64,000 bases of DNA, from assembly GCA_002410925.1 (NCBI GenBank), contig DHPR01000027.1:1-64000 (forward strand), in the 5' to 3' direction. Each line of letters opens with the position of its first letter. Within the stretch, counting starts at the first letter, position 1. The notes below the pieces were generated by a model. The model saw only the letters and a program-made list of their open reading frames with translations, was not told where the DNA came from and did not search any database. Both the position numbers and the translations under genes were made by a program. Positions 40,301-49,206 of this stretch are shown here, in pieces. The DNA is from a bacterium UBP13_UBA5359 (GTDB lineage: Bacteria; UBP13; UBA5359).

Positions 40301-40926
40301 CCGGCACCTCTGGTGCCGATATATGTCGTGGCATTGTTGACCAGCGTACCTGTATGCTCCGCCCTGACTTTATATTCATCATCTATATAAAGAATAATAT
40401 TAGCCCCATCATACGTAAACGCCACCTTATGCCAGGCACCAAATAAAGAATAACCCCAGACGGTCATCTGCTTTGCTCCCTGGCTGGTCCATAGATTCAG
40501 AGATAATCTATCTCCCCCTGTAACAACAAGCTCAAAACTATTGCTTTGAGCCACGATAGCATGGTTGCTCTTCTGCCATTCATCAGCAGGATAGCCCTTA
40601 TCCTGAAGTTTTATATATGCTTCGACCGTAATCTTATCAGTAAAGTTGAAGTTGTTGGCTATACCGACATAAGTGCCCGTAGTATCTGCCCCATTGAAGA
40701 AGAGATAATTCTGGTTGTTATCTGTCGTCCAGTAGCCGCTTCCCATGGAAATCGTGCCATTATGCGTTGGCACATTGCCCGATATATCTTGAGCTACAGA
40801 TCCCTTTCCTTCATGCAACGGCCAAGAACCGAGGAGAGACGATTCTGCATCCACAAGATTTCCGAGAGCAAGACCGCTGAAAATAAGGATAAAAAAACAC
40901 ACCACGCTAACGAGCAACCTCTTCAT
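37384..40926 (-). CDS. Secreted multidomain glycoside-hydrolase-like protein: LamG + galactose-binding-like + second LamG + GH123/DUF4091-like catalytic region
   Basis: Signal peptide; two W(P)L.EG.G..A.DIS..WHKVAFTYDG..LYID..G.ISDVKIY modules; FDFG..GF..V; EYEP; YLDEP; WEAIREGIDDIKY. Confidence 0.75.
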   Translation of the reverse strand: MKRLLVSVVCFFILIFSGLALGNLVDAESSLLGSWPLHEGKGSVAQDISGNVPTHNGTISMGSGYWTTDNNQNYLFFNGADTTGTYVGIANNFNFTDKITVEAYIKLQDKGYPADEWQKSNHAIVAQSNSFELVVTGGDRLSLNLWTSQGAKQMTVWGYSLFGAWHKVAFTYDGANIILYIDDEYKVRAEHTGTLVNNATTYIGTRGAGCMFAKGIISDVKIYDHVAIGYAKSAFEKVVPSAVYPSFPVAFDFGSSASPLKSGFTRVTESTLYAAGSYGFTSITGLSSISRTVNDWGPDDLCCDFVRGTNSNEFKVDLANGDYIIYLLAGDTTVPPAYTVSINGKAVGASTVSANIYRLQRFTATVTSGTLTIGFTGAGTGTYKWLANGLIVYPASDDFFTYAAEIKKLEEDIYLGGNWNYIPNYTRYVFDETASLPTADTETEDRGFYLFSHNYLDIVYKNSHLQKNLSGVVELATAAAPKEYEPLTFTLTPLRNLESFKIKYTDFESSAASLLGYWPLDEGTGTTAGDISNSNPVHNGTLSMGNGCWMKENDQDYLYFNGADITGTYISINNNFNFTNKITVEAYIKLEGKEYPPSEWQKSNHVIVAQTGSFELIVTSGNRLALNLWTNQGFKQLTAGGYSLFGEWHKVAFTYDGANIILYIDGVNRATTPFTGMLINNATTYIGTSRNAGCMFAKGIISDVKIYADVDWQKIDKSAIQLKEVKHYYHNHDGFKPARYMSFPKALEAYVPHNLYQNSNYSFWLTTKVPAGTQAGDYYSTVVLKALGSGNKRKVMRVKLTVHPFTLDPAEDYTFCMAYHLPRKSLDNGVTGWDTLPLELQDMKEHGMNTVNFRPITQNPWTDLGTQRPNASINVNGLADLFRCADSAGLTHPIPLSLEQYLPYDLTGNRITFNSSEWDNEVKDPLLQLQSICTSEGLPGFYFYLDEPVFDYRVENYLDAFDYLDDYGIENFCTVGVESHYGSLFRTSPLLLKVRCYNGSCESQLTQIRQDAATYGFDFWVYNGPTWSYIPAKSRFNIGYRTWWQGAKGHLVWDYAVFWGGGMPLNPLSNPDGVHAHEIIPDLSGPISTTTWEAIREGIDDIKYIRTLELLIAAHPGTTEAAAAQAYLDGLKSDIDAARQGVWCNPATGEPVTDLPLWSHSKYDEIRSDIVNHINILRSL

Positions 40927-40957
40927 CCCAGATCACGCACCCTTCCTTAATTTTCTA
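40265..40957. repeat. Direct repeat copy A: RBS + signal peptide + LamG (pairs with 46209-46904)
   Basis: Near-identical DNA including the upstream non-coding CCCAGATCACGCACCCTTCC. Confidence 0.92.
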
Positions 40958-40963
40958 AAGGTG

Positions 40964-41253
40964 ATTCACATGCCCATCAAGATAAAGGATATTAGTACCA
41001 TTGTTATGAAAATAACAGACACCATTAGTTCATTATGAGCTGCATACACCTTGGTATTTTATTCTACAGCCCATACTGTATTACTTTGCTTGACAAATTC
41101 GGATATTTCCCTATAACGACCGATAAAGCTTGATCCCATTTGTGCATTAGCGGCATAACTTGTTAACACGTTTCCGCTATATGAAAAAAAAGGCTTGGAA
41201 TCAGAAGGACAACACAGCTTGTCCGGGTTCTTAGTAACGCAATTTATATCCAT
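40964..41253 (-). pseudogene. Degenerate copy of the 3' part of the prepilin/H-X9-DG gene (matches 47030-47304)
   Basis: 40964-41237 aligns by eye with about 13 substitutions and a 1-nt deletion; TCA>TAA nonsense codon at 41059; no pilin N-terminus. Confidence 0.9.
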
Positions 41254-41267
41254 CTGTTTACCTTTTC

Positions 41268-42089
41268 TTAGATTACAACTATTTTGCCGTCATAAGCCAC
41301 TTCAATTCCCTCCGGGTTTAAAATGTTCTCCAATTCAGCTTGGAGCAAACCTCCATTATGAGAAAAATGGGTAGCTATGCAATTACACTTTGTGCCCATG
41401 CAACCCATTTCTTTCAATTTGTTTTTCATCTTTATCACCCCCTTAATGCCCAAATGATATCTTTCTTCATCTATTTGACCATTGGTGCAATCCAGAATTA
41501 CAAGATTGAATTTATATTCCCCTAATACCCTCCAGGTATCCTCAGGATACCATCCGGTATCGTGGCCATAGAGCACATTATGGCCTTCATAGCTGAAGAT
41601 ATAGTTAAAGCAGATCTCATTTGGATCATGATCGGCTATCAAAGGCAAAATGGTCATCTTTCCGGCTGTAAACTCAACAAACGGCTTGATAATTTGAAAT
41701 GATATATCGCTTGCTTTTTCATGAACGCCTAAAGCCTGAGTTGTTATATTTTTCACGACTTCACTGCCATAAATACTAAGTGTTTTTCCCTGTCCTATAT
41801 GAGCAAACGGCTTGGCACGAAAGCTTAATTCGGTAGGATAGTAATGATCGTTATGGCTATGGGTTACAAAAAGATGCTCAACCTCAGCTAAATTAATCCC
41901 ATATTTGTTAGCTTGCCAATTGGTATCCGGGGGGAAATCAACTTTATATATCCCATCTATTAAAACAGATGAACGTGTGCGGATATCTTTACCTTTTAAC
42001 AAACGAGCCTTGGTGCAACAAGGGCATTCACAGAAAATACCAGGCCACCCCTCAGAGGCAGCAGTACCTAAAAACAATATTTCCATCAT
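41268..42089 (-). CDS. MBL-fold metallo-hydrolase (PhnP-like)
   Basis: FLGTAASEG.P..C.C.CC, RTRSS, THSHNDH, HDTG, LDCT, HL, THFSH, VAYDG. Confidence 0.88.
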   Translation of the reverse strand: MMEILFLGTAASEGWPGIFCECPCCTKARLLKGKDIRTRSSVLIDGIYKVDFPPDTNWQANKYGINLAEVEHLFVTHSHNDHYYPTELSFRAKPFAHIGQGKTLSIYGSEVVKNITTQALGVHEKASDISFQIIKPFVEFTAGKMTILPLIADHDPNEICFNYIFSYEGHNVLYGHDTGWYPEDTWRVLGEYKFNLVILDCTNGQIDEERYHLGIKGVIKMKNKLKEMGCMGTKCNCIATHFSHNGGLLQAELENILNPEGIEVAYDGKIVVI

Positions 42090-42105
42090 CGCTTCTCCCC
42101 GTCAT

Positions 42106-43158
42106 TCAATTATTCAGATAGTTAATAGGAGACGTTACTAAATGCTCTTCCGCTTCTGTCGTCACATGAATTACATAATGGTTTTCATTATCCTGAGATT
42201 CACGATCTTCCCATTCTATGGCATAAGAAGAGGACAGAATTTTGTTATCCTCGTATACATTGATCCCGTTCCTATAAATAGCTGCTTTAACAATCTTCTC
42301 TTGCATTTGATGGCAAACGCTAAAACTGATCGAAGGGTTGTCTGCCGTCTTTATTAAATTCCGTGATGGGATTGGATATATTTTATCCAAAAGTAAATTG
42401 CCATGAACAGCATAGGCTTGCCTATCATTCCAAGCCCTTAACAACGTTTCTTTAGTAAAAACACCATTGGGTATATATAAATAAGTAGCATTTACCTTCC
42501 CAGGTTCAAATGATAGTCGGCCCGTCGGGCGCAAAGCGTTATCTATCCCTGAACAACAGGCCATAGCAGACGCCCTGGGATCAGATAGGAACTTCAAGTA
42601 AAGGCCAAAATCACATAAAAAGCAATTAGGCCAATCCGCCGTAAAAAGCTCCAGATAACTAAAGTTGTAAAAAGCTGGAACCGCAAGCGGATCCGGTCCG
42701 TTAAAAAAACAAATAGTGGATAAATGGGGATGATTGATAATAGGCGACAGTTTTTTCTCTTCGGTTTTCAAGACAAAATCTTCCGGATCACGAGCGAGAG
42801 ACACATAAGGATAGGGTTGAGGTGTCGATAAACCGACTTCGTGCAAGGAAACCATTCCGGGAATGCAAGCATGATGCTCTTTTCTTCTGGGCGGCTCAGA
42901 GAAACGCAAATGGATTTCCAAGGATGGAATAAAGAGGAAATCACTCGTACTCGCTGCCTCACATAAATCATAATAATCCTGGTATTCTTCTCCCCAGCCC
43001 CAGAAATAATTGCCTTCATTATCGCCATGGTCGCCGGCACAAAAGACAAAACTGGCCCCTAAGGCTTTAAACTCTTCTCTTAATTCTTCAACATCCACTT
43101 TCCGCCCCTCGGGATAGGAAAATCCCGTATGATAATGCAAGTATCCTTTATGCCACAT
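42106..43158 (-). CDS. PHP-domain (CehA/McbA-like) metallohydrolase
   Basis: W.KG.LHYHT, GDH, PSLE, H, INHP, C-terminal Ig-like YVIHV..TSPI. Confidence 0.7.
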   Translation of the reverse strand: MWHKGYLHYHTGFSYPEGRKVDVEELREEFKALGASFVFCAGDHGDNEGNYFWGWGEEYQDYYDLCEAASTSDFLFIPSLEIHLRFSEPPRRKEHHACIPGMVSLHEVGLSTPQPYPYVSLARDPEDFVLKTEEKKLSPIINHPHLSTICFFNGPDPLAVPAFYNFSYLELFTADWPNCFLCDFGLYLKFLSDPRASAMACCSGIDNALRPTGRLSFEPGKVNATYLYIPNGVFTKETLLRAWNDRQAYAVHGNLLLDKIYPIPSRNLIKTADNPSISFSVCHQMQEKIVKAAIYRNGINVYEDNKILSSSYAIEWEDRESQDNENHYVIHVTTEAEEHLVTSPINYLNN

Positions 43159-43195
43159 GATATTTATACCTCATAATTCATATGTCTATTAGTAG

Positions 43196-46100
43196 CTATA
43201 AACACTTAACAATATGCCGTGCGATCTCTCGCCGGATCTCATTATATTGATATGACGACCACAAAGGCGTACCCTCAAGCGGTTCCCCTGTAGATGGGTT
43301 ATTCCACTCAACCTCATACTGACTGGCAACTTCTATCTTGATCCTTAAATTATTTAAGTACGCTTGTGCCGCCGTTGCCTCAGGAGCATCCCGCTTCTTC
43401 TCAATCAACTTCTCTAAAGTCCGGATATATTTTATATCGTCAATTCCCTCTCTGATCGCTTCCCAAGTAGTGGTGGGAACAGGCCCGGCGAGATCAGGAA
43501 TTATTTCATGGGCAAAAACACCATTCGGATTAGATAGCGGGTTTAAAGGCATCTTCTCTCTGAAGACGGCGTAATCCCAAACTAAATGGCCTTTGGCACC
43601 TTCCCACCATGTTCTATATCCGATGGTAAATCTGCTTTTGGCCGGAATATACGACCAGGTGGGACCGTTATAAATCCAGAATTCAAAATCGCCCTTTGCT
43701 GCCTCTGCCCGTATCTCCGCCTGCTTTCCTATCCGGCTACCATAGCACCTAACAGAAAGGAGAGGATAAAGAGCCTGATAAACTTCTTCTTTGCCTACCG
43801 TGCAAAAATTTCTTAAGCCATATTCTTTCAGATAGCTAAATACTTTCCCATAATTATAAGCTCTTTCTTTCATCCAAGGCTCATCCAAATAGAAGTAAAA
43901 ATCCGGAAGCCCTTTTTCGCGACATACACTCTGCAGTTTCAAAAGAGCGTCTTTAACATAAGTCCATTCTTCCGGCTGAAAATCGATTTTTGCCTTTTCC
44001 AGGTAGTAAGGAAGATATATCTCCAGACACAAAGGGATAGTATGTGTCAGCTCCGCCTCTTTAGCACTCTCAAAGAGCCTGGTGAACCCCTCAACATTTA
44101 TAGTTTTGCGATATTCGCCTAATTCAGGCCATTGATTCTGAACCAGTGGTCGGAAGTTAACCGAATTCATACCATGCTCTTTCATATCACGCAACTCCCG
44201 AGACAGGGTATTCCAACCGTTAACACCTCTTTGGAGGTTTTTCTGGGGTAGATGATAAACCATACAAAAAGTATAATCATCACATATGTCAAGCGTAAAT
44301 GGATAAACAAGCAACTTTATTCTAAAGGATTGACTCTTACCGTTACTGGTTTGCAAGGTTACCATTGAGAAATATTCCCCGGCTTCGGCATTTTCAGGAA
44401 CTTTGATCGTTATCCAAAAAGTATATGTATTATTCTTATAAAGGTTATGCGGAGAAAAGCTCTCCAGCACTTTGGGAAAACGCATATACCTGACCGGAAT
44501 AAAACCGGCATAGTTATGGTAGTAGTGTTTAACTTCATCTAATTTGATATGCGCATCTTTAATTCTGCCTTTGCTCCCAATAAAATCGGTATATGTTATT
44601 TTAAAGTCTTCCAAATCCATTAGAGGAACAACAGAGAATGTTACAGGCTCATACTCACCCGGTGCTGCCGATACCTCAATATCCTCATCCAACCTTTTGT
44701 CCGGCACACTGTTGCGATAAACAATATCCAGGTAGCTATGAGAAAAAAGAAGGAAACCACAATTTTTCTCTTCCTGCTTAACGACCGGAAGAGTTTTTTT
44801 CGCGCTATAAGCATACTGCGTAAAACTGGCTATATACTCTGCATTGCCTCCAAGCCAGATATCCTTCTCAAGCTTTTCTATTTCTTCTGCCAGTGTAAAA
44901 TCATCTTTCTTGGGATAGATAATCAAACCATTGATAAGCCACCCGTTTTTTCCTTGTAAAGCAATACTCAAGGAGCCATTATGAACTGTAATAGGGAAAC
45001 CGCGCAGATTATAGATGTTAGGACCGGAAGTAAGGTCGATCTTTTTTTCCTTATTAACATGGATAGAAAAAAGTGGCGGTATCTCACTGTCTCCCGCAAG
45101 AACATGAACCTGATATTCGCCGTCAGGCAAATCAACGATAAATTCGTTATCAGCTTTTCCTTCTATATAATCGCAGCTTAATTCATCCGGCCCCCATTTG
45201 TTTTGCTTTATGATATTACTGCTGAGGCCTTCTGCCTTTTTAAAACCGTAGCCTTTTTGCTTTTGATAAATAGATCTTTCCGTAACTTGCATAAACCCTG
45301 CTTTAACAGGTGAGGAAGAAGAGCCGAAGTCATAAGCATAAGGGAAACGATATGAAGTTTTATCAGAAGAATGAAGACGGATAAAGTCATTGCTCTTGGA
45401 GAATAAATTTCTTATGTTGTCAAGTAAAGCAATGAAATTCTTCTCAGAAGAATCTGGACCTTTGACGCCGGTAGAGAGTTTGATAAAGCCCTCCGGATCA
45501 TTAAAGGCTCCTCTTTCCAGATATCCTATGGCACTATCTTCTCCATGAGGTTTTTCCGCTCGGCATAGATTTATAAGCAAATCATCCACTTTTTCTATGC
45601 CGGGCAATTCTTTCCATGGTATAGCTACCTCTACTACCCAAGACTCAGATGTAATGCTAGTAAATGCTTTCCAATTTGGGTTCCAGTTTACATCATTTTT
45701 ATACCTGTTCCCTTTTAAATCGGACTTATCAACAAATGTTGTCGCAAAATCCGCCTTTATTCCAGCAGGATTGACGAAGAAGTGATAATAAGTAGTCAAA
45801 GGATTCTTACCTAAAAAAATCTCTATACAGTCGTCCAGCCAAATAGTAGCATCATGTTCAACAATGTCCTTTTTTAGTTTTGCAATTAAGGATTCCTTAC
45901 AATTCATTGCTATATAAAGATTATCTTTATCATAGCAAATCATCGCTTCTGTTTTTTCTTTGGCAAAAGTAGGAGGGTTAGAGCCGGCAATAAGAAAATT
46001 ACCAATTACTTGAGTCTTTTTCCAGCATTCATCATCCAGTTTTCCATCCAGCTCGGGCGTGCCATATGAAGCAGCGATTGTACGGTTATTGTTGGCTTTC

Positions 46101-46873
46101 AATAATTGGGCATAAGCGAGCTTTAAATCATTAGCATAAGGGTTGCCGAAAGTGTCGACCGGCATAAAAACGCTTTCTTTTTTCCCGATAGTTATACTGT
46201 TATAAATTTTAACATCGCTGATAATTCCCTTGGCAAACATACTTCTGGCATTACGACTGGCACCAATATAAGCTGTCGACTTGTTGACAAGTGTACCCGT
46301 ATGTTCCGCCCGAGCTTTAAATTTTTCATCTATGTATAAAAGAATATTGGCACCATCGTATGTGAAAGCAACTTTATGCCAGGCTCCAAAAATAGAATTC
46401 CCCCAAACCGTTACGTTCTTCAGACCCTGGCTGGTCCATAGATTCAGAGATAATCTATCTCCTCCTGTAACAACAAGCTCAAAGCTGCCGGTCTGAGCTA
46501 CTACGGTATGGTTGCTCTTCTGCCACTCGGATAGTGGATATCCCTTGTCCTCCAGCTTGATATATGCTTCGACCGTAATCTTATCAGTAAAGTTGAAGTT
46601 GCCGGCTATACTGGCATAAGTGCCTGTAGTATCTGCACCATTGAAGAAGAGATAATTCTGGTTGTTATCTGTCGTCCAGTAGCCGCTTCCCATGGAAATC
46701 GTGCCATTATACGCCGGCACATTGCCCGATATATCTTGAGCTACAGATCCCTTTCCCTCATGCAACGGCCAAGAACCGAGGAGAGATGATTCTGCATCCA
46801 CAAGATTTCCAAAAGCAAGGCCACTGAAAATAAGGATAAAAAAACACACCATGCTAACGAGCAACCTCTTCAT
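43196..46873 (-). CDS. Secreted multidomain glycoside-hydrolase-like protein: LamG + CBM9-like + galactose-binding-like + GH123/DUF4091-like catalytic region
   Basis: Signal peptide; LamG; PELDGKLDDECW..YDKDNLYIA..DDCIEIFL..VNPAG..WVVEVAIPW; YDFG; APGEYEP; YLDEP; WEAIREGIDDIKY. Confidence 0.75.
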   Translation of the reverse strand: MKRLLVSMVCFFILIFSGLAFGNLVDAESSLLGSWPLHEGKGSVAQDISGNVPAYNGTISMGSGYWTTDNNQNYLFFNGADTTGTYASIAGNFNFTDKITVEAYIKLEDKGYPLSEWQKSNHTVVAQTGSFELVVTGGDRLSLNLWTSQGLKNVTVWGNSIFGAWHKVAFTYDGANILLYIDEKFKARAEHTGTLVNKSTAYIGASRNARSMFAKGIISDVKIYNSITIGKKESVFMPVDTFGNPYANDLKLAYAQLLKANNNRTIAASYGTPELDGKLDDECWKKTQVIGNFLIAGSNPPTFAKEKTEAMICYDKDNLYIAMNCKESLIAKLKKDIVEHDATIWLDDCIEIFLGKNPLTTYYHFFVNPAGIKADFATTFVDKSDLKGNRYKNDVNWNPNWKAFTSITSESWVVEVAIPWKELPGIEKVDDLLINLCRAEKPHGEDSAIGYLERGAFNDPEGFIKLSTGVKGPDSSEKNFIALLDNIRNLFSKSNDFIRLHSSDKTSYRFPYAYDFGSSSSPVKAGFMQVTERSIYQKQKGYGFKKAEGLSSNIIKQNKWGPDELSCDYIEGKADNEFIVDLPDGEYQVHVLAGDSEIPPLFSIHVNKEKKIDLTSGPNIYNLRGFPITVHNGSLSIALQGKNGWLINGLIIYPKKDDFTLAEEIEKLEKDIWLGGNAEYIASFTQYAYSAKKTLPVVKQEEKNCGFLLFSHSYLDIVYRNSVPDKRLDEDIEVSAAPGEYEPVTFSVVPLMDLEDFKITYTDFIGSKGRIKDAHIKLDEVKHYYHNYAGFIPVRYMRFPKVLESFSPHNLYKNNTYTFWITIKVPENAEAGEYFSMVTLQTSNGKSQSFRIKLLVYPFTLDICDDYTFCMVYHLPQKNLQRGVNGWNTLSRELRDMKEHGMNSVNFRPLVQNQWPELGEYRKTINVEGFTRLFESAKEAELTHTIPLCLEIYLPYYLEKAKIDFQPEEWTYVKDALLKLQSVCREKGLPDFYFYLDEPWMKERAYNYGKVFSYLKEYGLRNFCTVGKEEVYQALYPLLSVRCYGSRIGKQAEIRAEAAKGDFEFWIYNGPTWSYIPAKSRFTIGYRTWWEGAKGHLVWDYAVFREKMPLNPLSNPNGVFAHEIIPDLAGPVPTTTWEAIREGIDDIKYIRTLEKLIEKKRDAPEATAAQAYLNNLRIKIEVASQYEVEWNNPSTGEPLEGTPLWSSYQYNEIRREIARHIVKCL

Positions 46874-46904
46874 CCCAGATCACGCACCCTTCCGTAATTT
46901 TCTA
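46209..46904. repeat. Direct repeat copy B (pairs with 40265-40957)
   Basis: Near-identical DNA at an offset of about 5.95 kb. Confidence 0.92.
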
Positions 46905-46942
46905 TATGCCCGATATGCCAAGCCGTCCGCTTGTCAGCTATT

Positions 46943-47617
46943 CTACTCGCCGAACCAGAAGGCCCTTCCCTCTTGTTTTGACGGAAACCAAACGCCGGAT
47001 GAATAATAAGGCACAGATTTGTTAAGCCAATTCACATGCCCATCAAGGTAGAGGATATTAATACCATTGCTATGAAAATAACAGACACCATTAGTATCAT
47101 TATGAGCTGCATACACCTTGGTATTTGATTCTACAGCCCATACTGTATTACTTTGCTTGGCAAATTCGGATATTTCCCTATAACGACCGATAAAACTTGA
47201 TCCCATTTGTACATTAGCGGCATAACTTGTTAACACGTTCCCGCTATATGAAGAAAAAGGCTTGGAATCAGAAGGACAACGCAGCTTGTCCTGGTTCGTA
47301 GTAATATCGTTGATACCAAGATATCCCATTAAAGCCTTATTGTAAATCCACGCTTCCCCACCCGGTAATGGAGAAGCGCCGGCATTAGTTATCAGCGGCA
47401 ATCCGTCATAATAATCCTGCGCATACATTGAAACCGCCATTCCCAATTGCTTAAGCTTATTTATACAATCCGCTTGCCTGGCTTTTTCTCTGGCTTGACT
47501 GAATACCGGAAAAAGAATTGATATGAGCAAGGCAATTATAGCTATTACTACTAATAATTCAATCAAGGTAAAACCTTTTTTATCATTTCTCTGAATAAAC
47601 TTAGGTACTGTCGTCAT
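46943..47617 (-). CDS. Prepilin-type N-terminal cleavage/methylation protein with H-X9-DG motif (DUF1559-like)
   Basis: [68 protein letters not shown]. Confidence 0.92.
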   Translation of the reverse strand: MTTVPKFIQRNDKKGFTLIELLVVIAIIALLISILFPVFSQAREKARQADCINKLKQLGMAVSMYAQDYYDGLPLITNAGASPLPGGEAWIYNKALMGYLGINDITTNQDKLRCPSDSKPFSSYSGNVLTSYAANVQMGSSFIGRYREISEFAKQSNTVWAVESNTKVYAAHNDTNGVCYFHSNGINILYLDGHVNWLNKSVPYYSSGVWFPSKQEGRAFWFGE

Positions 47618-47674
47618 CTTTTCTTACCCCTTTCTTATTTCTTAGATTGCTTTCCCTAATCAACTATAAAACAC

Positions 47675-48817
47675 CTATTCCTTTACATAATTCATGCTAA
47701 TAGAATTACAGACTTTCATTGGGTTAACGCTGGATTCCCTGACAATCAACTTCGTTTCCAAAATGACATTCACCGGCGGCTTTATCTCTCCCTTAACAAG
47801 TTCGATAGCCTTTTCCAAGCCTGTTCTGCCTAACTCCCAGATAGAGCGTGACACTGTAGTCAGCTTGGGGCTCATATGCGAAGCCAGATAGAAATCGTCG
47901 AAAGCCACCAGTGAGATATCTGTAGGAATAGACAGCCCGACCTCCTCTATAGCCTCCTTGACTCCGATAGCCAGGCTCAAGCCGGGAGCAAAGATGGCCG
48001 TCACTCCATCCTCCCTCAATATCTCCGCGGCCGCCTTTCTGGCGGCTTTCTGCCAGCTCGTATTATCAGCTTCATCAATAACCCTGACGATCCTCTCGTC
48101 GAACGGAATACCGTGCTCTTCAAGAGCCTGGCAGTAGCCATTATAGCGTTCCCGGGAATCGAAGCCCAGCGATGTTACCACCAGTCCGATCCTTCGATGT
48201 CCGAGGGAAATGAGATGCTCCGCGGCCAGCATAGACCCTTTGAAATTATCCGTAGCCACATAGTTGAAGTTGTTGCCCACAGCAGCCGAGACAGACAAGC
48301 AGGGTATCTTCACCTTCTCTATCTCGTAAATAAGCGGAATATCGTCCTTATCCGGTATCAGAAAGAGAACGACGTCCAGATTATTGCTGCAGAAGAACTG
48401 ATTAACGGAACTCTTATCCTGTAAATTCGGTAGAAAGAGAAGCGTTGCCCCCTTCCTCAGTGCACCTTCTCGGATTCCGCTGACCAGCTCTGTCTGAAAG
48501 AAATCGGGAAAGAAGTTGCTTCTGATCGGAAACAACGGCGATATCACGCCTATTCGAGTGCTTAAAATGGCCTTCTTCAGCGTCAGGAAGGAGCCTCTCT
48601 TGGGACTACGGCTGATCAACCCTTCCTGAGCCAGCTCAGCCAAGGCCATTCTTACAGTCCCTCTGCTCAGATTGCAAATTCTGGCTAAATCGATCTCCGA
48701 AGGCAGCCTATCACCATCTTTCAGCTCCTCCCTATCAATCAATCGGAGGATATTCTGCTTTACCTGCAGATAAAGCGGCGTCGATCGGCTGATATCTATG
48801 TTGAAATCACTATTCAT
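47675..48817 (-). CDS. GntR-HTH / LacI-sensor hybrid regulator (AraR-like)
   Basis: PLYLQVK, GDRLPSE.DLA..SRGTVR.AL..L..EG, then A.EHLISLGHRRIG, IPTDISLVAFDD, LTTV. Confidence 0.9.
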   Translation of the reverse strand: MNSDFNIDISRSTPLYLQVKQNILRLIDREELKDGDRLPSEIDLARICNLSRGTVRMALAELAQEGLISRSPKRGSFLTLKKAILSTRIGVISPLFPIRSNFFPDFFQTELVSGIREGALRKGATLLFLPNLQDKSSVNQFFCSNNLDVVLFLIPDKDDIPLIYEIEKVKIPCLSVSAAVGNNFNYVATDNFKGSMLAAEHLISLGHRRIGLVVTSLGFDSRERYNGYCQALEEHGIPFDERIVRVIDEADNTSWQKAARKAAAEILREDGVTAIFAPGLSLAIGVKEAIEEVGLSIPTDISLVAFDDFYLASHMSPKLTTVSRSIWELGRTGLEKAIELVKGEIKPPVNVILETKLIVRESSVNPMKVCNSISMNYVKE

Positions 48818-48976
48818 TCTCACATCGCCATACTTATACAAGGCAGCTCGTTATATACATGATTTATGTCAAAGTGCCACCTGTCATTGGCAGGCTTGTT
48901 ATCCTTTCGCGGAGAAGCGATCGGCTTTATCTTATCGACACTCCGTTCTTCTTGATATAAATCGAATCGTTATTGC

Positions 48977-49027
48977 CGAAACCTTTAATCATATTGTTAA
49001 TATAATACCAAGCGCAGCATTTGTCAA
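48977..49027 (-). promoter_or_regulatory. sigma70 promoter and candidate operator of the gntR-pilin-hydrolase operon
   Basis: TTGACA (49022-49027), 17 nt, TATATT (48999-49004), followed by the 17-mer shared with 37082-37098. Confidence 0.7.
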
Positions 49028-49206
49028 CATACTTTTTGAGGTATGTAGCTTGAACCGGATAACAAGTGTTTATTTCCATAACGGTAGATTAGTAGATTAT
49101 ATAAGGGCAGAAGAAGAGCCCTATCGCTCTTCAAATAATGATGCTTGATAGTGGTATGCAAACAGAGCACTGACGGAATGACATACAGGGTAAAATTTAG
49201 AGTAGT

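Noticed and set aside
40964-41237. Diversity-generating retroelement template/variable repeat pair with 47030-47304
   Set aside because: Mismatches involve all bases in both directions and include an indel, so they are not adenine-specific; no reverse transcriptase in the window
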